A DNA stretch of 57,538 nucleotides, the filler included, from Bipalium vagum (Eukaryota), in the NCBI GenBank assembly GCA_037834085.1. It is 3 parts of 3 records of this genome, joined end to end, with 100 filler letters (N's around TTAATTAATTAA, not from the genome) between each part and the next. Parts side by side here need not be neighbours in the genome. Positions count along the whole stretch, not along the records: positions 38,613 to 57,538 come from JBBMKC010015401.1; 2 more parts are not named here. One strand, 5' to 3'. Shown in pieces: positions 48,077 through 57,538 of this stretch (within the stretch, counting starts at the first letter, position 1; each line of letters begins with the position of its first letter). The notes beneath the pieces are model-generated. The model was not told the DNA's origin, did not search any database, and saw nothing but the letters and a program-made list of their open reading frames with translations. Both the position numbers and the translations under genes were made by a program.

Positions 48077-51000
48077 TCAGGCGGTAAATGCGAAGGAGTC
48101 GTTCTCCAGAGCAGATTTATCGAAATCGATATTTTCCGAGCAATGCACCGATATGAGAAGCCGGTACTTTGAAAATCTTATGTATAACGGTAATTGGCTT
48201 TCTTCTATTTTAGTAAATCTTGCGAACTGAACTTCCATTTTATGAAGAAGATCCTTATTGATGAGTATCTGAAACGAAATAAGTCACAGCAATTTTTGTG
48301 AGCAAAATGACGAGGCGTCACCGACATACCTGCAACCAAGAACCTCTGAATCCGTATGGTTTGTCTTCAGAAACGAAAGTTCCTGTTATGTTCTCAGTAA
48401 CCAAAGTAATAGCCATATCTGATCGACAATGAAGAAATGTAAAATGACGATGATATTTCAGTCGATCGGTAATGACCGAATGCATGATCTCTCCAGCATC
48501 TTTACTTATTCGTAAGTGAATGTTTTCAATATACTGAGGATGTAAAAGTTCCAGAGTACCCGGCGATATGTTAATACCGTAAAATGGAGTTTGAGTAGAG
48601 GAGGGTGCTGTAGAAAAGCAACATTGAAGGAATATTAAAATTAATATCAGAACATGAGTCTTATCCTATTCCATACATCTTTCAAACCTTTTCTTTAAAA
48701 ATATTTAAAATAATACCTTTGTTAAGTAGTGATATTAGCATCAGGTTGTCCCATATGAAATGACGGATTTTAATTTCATTTCAAAGATTTATTAATTAAT
48801 CTATTGCTATGATAATAATTGTTTCAATATATCAAACTGAAGCGCCATATTAGCTTTTCATATAATTTTAAAACTTAGCAGATCAATTTAAAATTACATT
48901 TTTTGAATTTTTTAGGAATAGCATATTCCAATTTGCATTTTTTATGAATTTAAATGTCATAATAATTTTAATATTAATTTCGTATGTGATAACAGTTCTG
49001 ATAGCGAAAGATCAACACAAAGATATTTTCAGAAATATCAGTGATAACTTCATCATTGATAATGGAAAACCGACTACTGTCGTAACGATCATATGAAGTC
49101 AGTAGTTGAGAGCGATCCGAAAAAATTTGGTTAGAGAGATGGCTGAAGAATTGAGTGTCACCATGTCAACCATTTCCCGATATCTTCATGAGCTTGGTAA
49201 CGTAAAAAAACTTGATAAAAGAATACCACACAATTAAATAAAAATCAGTAGGAGATTCGAAATTGTTCTTTGTTGTTCTTTGATTATTCTGAAATGAAAT
49301 GGTAAATTTTTTCTCGAACTGTAATCTGTAACGAGAAGTGTGTCTTATATATAATTAATAATCATAGATGTGTACAATGGTTGAATGCCGAAGAAAAATA
49401 TGGTCACTGTTTGGTGGTTTGCTGCTTGATTAATTAACTATAACTTTTTGACATTTGGTGAGTCTATCACATCTCAATCCTAGTGCAATAAAATTGAAGT
49501 AAAACACCTGAAGTTGCTTGAAAATGTTCAAGGTTATGTTTAAAAAGTCCCTCTTCAGTTTTTGCGTCCAGAAATCGTGATTTCTATGAAAATTGAATTT
49601 GTGAGTTTTTGTCTTAATGGCAGAAGTGAATTGAGAACTATGGACAGCATTTGGTAAATAAAATTTGTTTCATAGCTCATTTTGATTTGGTTAAGACACA
49701 TTTTAAAGACCACCATTTAGTGTGGGACAACTTGATAATATTGAATTAAAGAAATGATTGAAATTGCAACATTTTGTGATAGCAATCGGTTTTTTGTTTA
49801 TTTTCGATCTAAAGATTAACACATGGTTTAGTACAGTACCCATAGATCAAATTTTAAGCAATGTATGATCTCCAATATTCGATTTCCCTAATTGGTGATT
49901 ATTATTTACCATTAAAATTCCTATTTCATTTTTAATTTATTTATAAATAACGAAATTATTTGTTTATTGTAGATGGAATTTGGCGACCTGAATTAGACGA
50001 AATATCTTCATGACTGCGTCAACAATAAAGGAACAACCGCTGGTTATCGAGTGAATTATTGTGAAAGGTCAGATATGTAATATATAACAATCGATATGAC
50101 ACAAAAATCGAAAATTTTCATTGAAAAATCAAAGCCCAATGTTTTAAAACTTTGACTTGAGAAATGATTTAAATTTTATAACATGGAAAGAGAGTTGATA
50201 ATGAAGCTTTATCGAACGTATGTAATTTGAATAATCCACACATAATTAGAATAAGAAATGACATTTTTCATTTCGAATTCGTCTATGTTAATTAGAACGA
50301 ATCGAGTTTTTGGAGACGTAGTGCAGACAAAATTGAAACTTAATGATTTCTAAAGTAAATGCTCATTGCAATAAGAGGAAAATCAAATAAATGTATAAAC
50401 CAAAATTATTGATATTCGGGTAAAACAGTTTAAATGAAACCCTTTTCAAGAGTAAACATTATAATCTTGTTTAAACTATCACTTACTTTCTCGGGAAATT
50501 GTCTTTCACATGAAATTGTTGTTTATTAATGAAAATTTAACATCGATCATTACATTTCCTACTGCACTTTTAAATAGGGAATGATAACATTTCGCAACGA
50601 TTTTTAAACGTATTTTTCGTATACTTCGCAAGAATTTTGAGTATTGAATTATTTCGTGTTACAAATAATGATTTTGATGATTTTTAAAAAATTGAGAAAA
50701 TTATCAATTCCGAAAATAGTAAAAATGGATATATGAAATAATAAAAAAATGTTAAAATATTTTAATTATAATCGTAAAATATACCATTAATATTTTCCTT
50801 CATAATATTCCTGTCTTTAAACATTTCCTATTATTATTATTATTATTTTATTCTTTAACCAGTGAAACATATTCCGTAATAATTTTCTATTTATGTTTCA
50901 TTTATGGCTAAAGCATGATTTCGTTGATTACGAATATAAACATTATCCTTTTTCTACAGCTAAAGCCGAAATTGATATTCTCACATTATTTATTAATGAT

Positions 51001-52231
51001 ATCTGTTAACTTTGAAAGTAGATTGTTTTTATTTATGATATAATAATATTTTTCCAAATAGCAAAAAATGAAGAATGATATACGGGATTTGATTTCAAAA
51101 GTTAAAAATTCTTTTTAAACTGTAATCAAAGTACAGCCAAAACTCTGAGGGAAGCAAAAATTTATGAATAAATCAAGACATTGTCTATAAACCAATAAGC
51201 ATAATATGTCATATAAAGGTTTTGTACCGATTTTACAATTTATTATTACTTTTTTAAAAAAATTTTATTATTCTAATATTATCATTAATATATAAATCAT
51301 AGCACAACTTTTGGTATTTGATTTGAAAAGTACTTATTTAGGGACTTAGAAAAATGGTAATCTAATAAGGTATAAATTTTAAAATTTCTTTGTTATTTTT
51401 TGAAAAAAAAATCTAGTGTGCAAAACCCTCATGTTCTAGAAAAATGAAAAACATAACTCTCTCTTTCAATTCATTATTTCTATCGTCAATGATTTTTATT
51501 CAAGTTGACATCTTTAGTAAAATGATATTTTTTTATTTATTTATCTAATCAGACTCCCTTATCGGTTCTAACCACCTGTTTAAAAGACAGTGTGATATTC
51601 ATTATTTATTGATCGTAACACTTGTCCAGTAATTTTTATTGCTGTACTTTAGACAAATGACAAATTCACTTTTGGAAATTACAAAAAAATTATTGGTTTT
51701 TTGACATTTCATGATGAAAATAAGACTTAGGAAACCAACGGTTAATCAAGAGAGTACATGATATTTGAAATTTTGCTAACTATTTTTTATTAAAATCTAA
51801 ACACAATCAACCTTGATATCATTTTTTTGAAGTTATTGATTTTTCAAGATATAATAAACTTTTATTAACACATTTCACAAAAATATCAATGTTGAACAAG
51901 ATAATTATTTTATTTTGTTAACATTTAAAATATGTAGTATGTTTTCTATCCAATGGGTAATTTTCAGTTCTCTGCAAAAATGTGATGAATATTTGCTACA
52001 ATTTTTCGCTATAAACTCAAACTAATTTTTCAGTGATAAAATGATGATTCTACCTAAAAAGTGTAAAAGACTATACATGTAAAAGGTCAATATGTGGTTT
52101 AAGGGAATCCATTTATTCTACATTTTCTATTTGATTTAAATGTTTAATAAAATATGAAAATACTTTTCGTCATCAATGACATAAGTGTTCACTTAATCCT
52201 TAAAAAAATAATTCTGATTTATATATTCGGA

Positions 52232-52270
<39 letters not shown>

Positions 52271-53347
52271 TAAAAAAATTGACATTGTCTTCATTATCAA
52301 TTAGAATAATTAAAAATTATAATAAAATTTGTTAATTTTATATAGATTTGAAAAAATTAATACATTGATAATAATCTGAATTACTCGAAATAATAACTGG
52401 TCCAGCTTCATCTCCAACAACATCGATTATCTCATCTAAGCTACCCCAACGACTCCATGATATTTCAGTTGTAACTCCAGTTAAGTTGCTTCCTCCACAA
52501 ATATAAAGATTTCCTTTTTCTAGGTCAGACAAAGATTCCCCTCGTCTCATGTCGGATACCAAGAGTCTTCCACCGAGCTCTTTTCGCTTACGCATTGCAG
52601 CAGCTACCTCAATCCCACTCCATCGACGAGCCAATTCCATTTCTTCGTCGCAAATTGCCACGACCTAATATATTAATAACTTTGATTAAAAAATAAGTAC
52701 CTGGAAAAAATCAATAAATCCATGTGGAGAATTGATTTTATCGAACTGAGAATCGTTAGCAATGAGCATATTTGTCATCCTAGAGTTACTACGAGACAAC
52801 TCATCAATGTCATCTTTATTAGCAGATTTATTACAAGTAATTTCTTCTAAAGATTTGCCCCAAGGAATATGATCACCAGGGGCAAATTTTGCTTGCGATC
52901 TGAATAAATACCTAGCCAAGCTCTGGAGCAACATTGCAGGCCAGAGTGGAGCTTTATATTCATTGTCATTGCACTTTAGTCGAAAAGTCAATTCAAAACC
53001 AAAACCACTTGGACCTTCATTTGATGGTTGACTGGAAATGTTTATTGAAACAATATTTTAAAAGAATCGTATAAATCCCACTCATGTAATCGAGCATCTC
53101 CATAGAGATCTGACAGACCATAAGTAATGTAGTGCCAATGTGGCAACGATGAAGCAAATTCATCATTCGGTCCAGTAGACTCGTAGCCGTTGTTTTTATA
53201 CATACTTATGTAATCTAATGGATCGGGACCACCATGCCAAAATTTCTGAAGTGCTGTAACTTGTGGTGGGGTTGGTTGATCAGGATAAAGAGAATAACAA
53301 GCTTCATAAATAGCTTGTATTCCAAGAGAATCTTTATCTTCTATCAT
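48077..53347 (-). CDS. Sufu: Suppressor of fused (Hedgehog/Gli regulator), 5 exons: 53347-53082, 53031-52701, 52664-52364, 48607-48330, 48268-48077; 455 aa
   Basis: N-domain motifs LYPDQP, FWHGGPDPLDYISMY, HWHYITYGLSDLYGD, GPSGFGFELTFRLK, DMRRGES, GSNLTGV. C-domain DRLKYHRHFTF..DMAITLV....GTFVSEDKPY...GSWLQILI. All four introns are GT-AG (50, 36, 3756, 61 nt) with consistent phases; spliced CDS is 1368 nt ending in TGA. Confidence 0.95.
48741..49735 (+). mobile_element. Internally deleted mariner inside Sufu intron 3
   Basis: Inverted repeats TCAGGTTGTCCCATATGAAATG / TCAAGTTGTCCCACACTAAATG; TA on the right side. Motifs REMAEELSV...YLHELGNVKKLDKRIPH, ICNEKCVLY and MVTVWW. Confidence 0.88.
52236..52267. 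repeat. (TA)n microsatellite in Sufu intron 3
   Basis: Direct read. Confidence 0.9.
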
Positions 53348-54795
53348 TTTTCAGAATATAATGATAGATATAAAATCTTCCTATGAACAATTTTTCATTA
53401 AATAAATAGATAAGTTGATGTGGAAAGAATTTTCAAAATGTTCAAGGTTAATAAATATGACATTATTTTAACAAATCCTTTTGATAATTAATATTTATTA
53501 TAATTGTTTAGTACTAAGGTTTTAGTACTTTAGTAAGATAAATTAGTGATAATTTATCACTCATGTTTTTGTAAAAATTTTATTGCTAAGGTTTTTAATT
53601 TTTAAAAATCTTTATATATTAACATATATTTAATTTTAAAAATATAAATAGTATTTACTTAAATATAAATGATAAATTCAGAGCTCCTTGGTGATATTAA
53701 TTAAAAAAATTACGACATTTCAAAATTCTAAATAATCTAGAGAGAAAAAAGAACTTTAAAACTTGAGTTGTGAAGAATAATTATTGTCAAATGCGTGGAT
53801 TTTTTGGAGGTACATCAATTACCAATGACTTCGTGAAAGATTTTATTGGTGAAAAAATTAAAATTTTACAAAATGATGACGATTAATCTAAAACATCTCT
53901 TGCTACGTAACACAATACTTTTATAAATGGATTATCTATATCATTTATTGAATCCAGTTATTATAATGACTGTAAGCAAAAGAACCGTGAGGTCTCCATA
54001 TCCTTTTTTACAAAGTTATGATTGACTAAAGAAACCGTCTTTGCAGATATAGACAGATTTATAAACCTGGTTATTTTCCATCTTTTTATTTGATTCATTA
54101 AAACAAATATTTCCTCAGTTTTGCTTCTGATTTTAATACTCTTCCTTGTTTTTGGTTATTTAAAAACTTCAATAGTTATCTTAAATTTTTTCTATATTTT
54201 GATAATTTTTTTACAAAGTTTGAATTTTATCAAAATTTGAAAAGTCTACGTTCCTTGGTTTAATATAAAATAAATATAAATATTTATATTACTACCTATA
54301 AATTTTCCATAAATTTTAAATAAAATTAAGAATTTATTTAATGTGTAAATTTTATATTATAAATATTTGATATTGTGATAATAATGTTTTATTAGGTTAA
54401 TGATGATCACCTACAGAGATCATTTAAAATAAACAGTATTAGAGTTGCCTACTTTGAAAAATAGATTTGCTACTTTGGAGTTAACAAGATTGTTGTTATT
54501 TTAAAAAAATTATTATAGTTGACAAAAAATACGTTAAAGGTAAATAAACATGTAAAACTTGTTTTATTAATTAAACTATTTGTATAATTGTTTTAATGGC
54601 ATGAAATATAAAAAATAGTTATTTAAGATTTTTGTAAAAAGAAAAATGTTTCCAAAGAGTTATCTAATATTGTATTAATGTATTTAAATGTATAAATTGT
54701 ATTCTTCATAACAATTCAAACTTAATACATTTTTAATTTTTATTTTATAAGATTAAAAACTTTTGAAGTTATTAAGAAAATATTGATTTTTAAGT

Positions 54796-54799
<4 letters not shown>

Positions 54800-54849
<50 letters not shown>
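54800..54849. repeat. Compound (TA)n(TG)n microsatellite
   Basis: Direct read. Confidence 0.9.
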
Positions 54850-55130
54850 AAACTCTTGTTTGATAGATTAAACTTTTTATTATGAAGTATGTGTTATTTC
54901 TTAATTCCTAATTGACAATAAGTGATAAATATTTCAAAATCCCTTGTAAATGAACATTAGAAAAAAGACATTATTGAAGTAGTATTAAGTTACAAATTAT
55001 CTGAGAAAGGTTAACAAGATGAAGAAGTAGGCTCTTTGTTGAAAATGATTTTTTTGTAATATGTATAATTTTTGGTCTCGTAGTTCTTTTTCACTAGTTA
55101 ATTTTTCAATATTTTCCTCTTGAATATATA

Positions 55131-56375
55131 CAGGGTGTTTATTATTTATGTTAACATACTTTCATTTTAAATATTTTAACAAACAATAAAGGAATATTTA
55201 AAAACATATGCAATATGTAATTATATGATTTGACGTCCGTTGATAGCTAGGCTATGGCTTAATCGAAACAGTACATTTAGACATATTCGCTGGCACATTC
55301 CAGTATCTACTTCATTACAAACATGACTGATTTTATCCATGAGTTCAGCGATTGTATGAGGTCTGTCTGTGTACACATTTTGTTTTAGATATCCCCACAA
55401 GAAGTCTAGCAGAGTTAGATCAGGCGAAAGAGGAGGCCACTCAATTGGATCTCGTCTTCCAATCCAGCGATTTGAGAACTTTTTGTCTAGCAAGTTCCTG
55501 ACTTTTTGCGAATAGTGCGCATGTGCCCCTTTGTGTTGTAAGTACTTACGACGTCTTGTTATTTTAGGCCATAAAAACTTTTCCAGCATCTCCAGGTATG
55601 ACTTACCAGTTATCGTATCTTCGAAGAAGTATGACCCAATGATACCTTGTGAACTTAAAACACACCATACCGTTATCCCGACCCTAGAGTTTCTAACAGT
55701 AATTGCTATTTTAGGGTTAGAGTAGACCCAATAGCAGCAATTGTGGCGGTTAACAACTCCATTAAGCGTGAACTTACTCTCGTCTAACCATATTATCTTG
55801 TTGATCAAGAAAGAGTCATTTTGGAATTGTACAAACATTTTCTGACAAAATTCCATTCATCGGTCAAAGTCGTCGTTGTTGATTTCAATTACGGTTGACG
55901 GCTTAAATAAATGAAAGCCTGCTTCATTAATTGCCTTGTAATAACTGCTTACAGTTATATCAAGTTTTCTAGCACCCTACCGAACTGACAAATTGCTAAA
56001 TTCTTCAACCAATTTTTTCACTCTTGGAATTGTTTTCGTTGTTAATGCAGACGAGGTCGGCCGGATTTTACTTGGTCATGAACCCTTCCAGTCTTCTTAA
56101 ACTTTTCCACTATTTTTTAATTATTTGCCTACTTTGTGGTGGAGTAATAAACTTCTTTTTCCAATTTCTAATTACTTCTTCAAAATTATCAAATTTGGAG
56201 TTCCATACAACAATTTGAATTCTTTCTTCCATCGAAAAACACAAAGTCATTTTATTTAAAAATTAACTAAATGGATTATTAAACTTTTAATCCATATAAA
56301 CAAATTAGTAATACCTTTATTTTTTAATTTGTAATTTAAAAATAAAGTAGGTTAACATACATAATAAACACTCTG
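55131..56375 (-). mobile_element. Full-length (1245 bp) inactive DD41D (rosa/visitor-type) transposon
   Basis: About 40-bp inverted repeats CAG(G/A)GTGTTTATTAT.TATGTTAAC.TACTTT with TA on both sides. Transposase from ATG 56250; WLDES, QHKGA (catalytic D lost) and WPPLSPDLTLLDF with 41-residue spacing. Confidence 0.92.
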
Positions 56376-57538
56376 TATATAATATTTTTTGTAGTTATTA
56401 CTCATCTTAATTAACAGTTTATTCAAAGTTCTGATTTATGAAGACATTTATGTATGATTATTTTTTTCCTATCTATGACAATTTTATTTCATAATTATTT
56501 TCTTGATAAAATTTAATTAGCATTTTTTACTTCATTTATTATTTTAGTCTCATTTTAGTAATAATTTTATAAAAATAATTTAAAATGAAATTATTTTTGT
56601 TCCTCTTTATTTTTTCAATTTATTAAAATAAAAATTTAATATTTAATTTATATGGTGCATAAAATTTAAAATTTCACTTTTTATTTTTAATCTAAGTAAA
56701 AAAATAAAATATATAAAAAATCGTCATTATAAACCGAATTATTTTGCAATTGATGATTTATCTATGAAATACTTTATGTTCAAAAGTCAATTATTTATTT
56801 ATATTTTTATTCAACACTTTCATTTAATGACATTTAAAATTATAATCATTATGCATACATTTTATACAGGTAATGGAATTTATTTGACATATCTATAGTT
56901 AAATATCTAAGCCAGATATATATGATGAGGCACCATTTGAATTATCAGAACCCGTTGAATTTGAGACAGCTTTAAAGATTAAATAATGAAATTCGATAAC
57001 TAACAATACACTTACTCAAATCCTTTTCAAAATTCAAATAATTTTTTTTTAATTGATTAAATGAAAACTAAATATAAAAATAAATAAAAACATTTTCGAC
57101 AATAAAAATATATCACCTTGGCAACTTTCAAAGCCTCTAACCACTTTTCTTTCTGTAAATTATTAATTAGACATATACAAGGATGCTCTTGAGACTTGTG
57201 TTCCAGTTTATTTGACTATAAAACGTAAATTAATCTTGTATACAAGGTTTTCAATCTTTACCTTAAAAATAATTAATTCATTTGTAGGTGCTTTGAAACA
57301 TTTCTTGATTTTATTGACATCTGTGCAAGTATAGAAATCATATTTTTTCAGATTTACTAAAGAATATAAGTCTTTGTGATCCTAAAAAAGAATAATAGAT
57401 GATTTTTCTTGAAAAAAATGATTAAAGTTTTTCAAAGTTAATGTATAATTTTAAAATTTACTCTGAAATATTCAATAAAATTTAATAAACTTTTATAATA
57501 TTAACATATTTCATTTCTGTTCTTATGATCTGACAATA

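Noticed and set aside
47958-48230. Plus-strand 90-aa ORF
   Set aside because: Antisense to Sufu exon 5 and its 3'UTR.

Overview
Very AT-rich eukaryotic (animal) genomic scaffold with two 100-nt assembly gaps and short spliceosomal introns (about 30-60 nt). There is no sign of prokaryotic operons, CRISPR, rRNA or tRNA. Three host genes are visible: (1) a spliced proline-rich protein with two Cys/polybasic clusters (2.6-3.9 kb, +); (2) an intronless SLC18 (VAChT/VMAT-like) MFS transporter interrupted by one in-frame TAG (10.7-12.2 kb, +); (3) a complete 5-exon Suppressor of fused gene (53.3-48.1 kb, -), whose C-terminal exons are missing from the ORF track. Most of the rest is nested, decayed transposable elements: many mariner (DD34D), Tc1, DD41D (rosa/visitor) and Merlin/ISXO2 copies, Ty3/gypsy pol fragments, solo-LTR-like repeats, RLE (R2/R4-like) non-LTR fragments and a Polinton/Maverick-type protein-primed DNA polymerase fossil. 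The least explained structure is a dispersed family of micro-exon arrays (15-46 nt exons, 30-60 nt GT-AG introns) found three times. All family assignments come from manual translation and recalled motifs; no database search was run.
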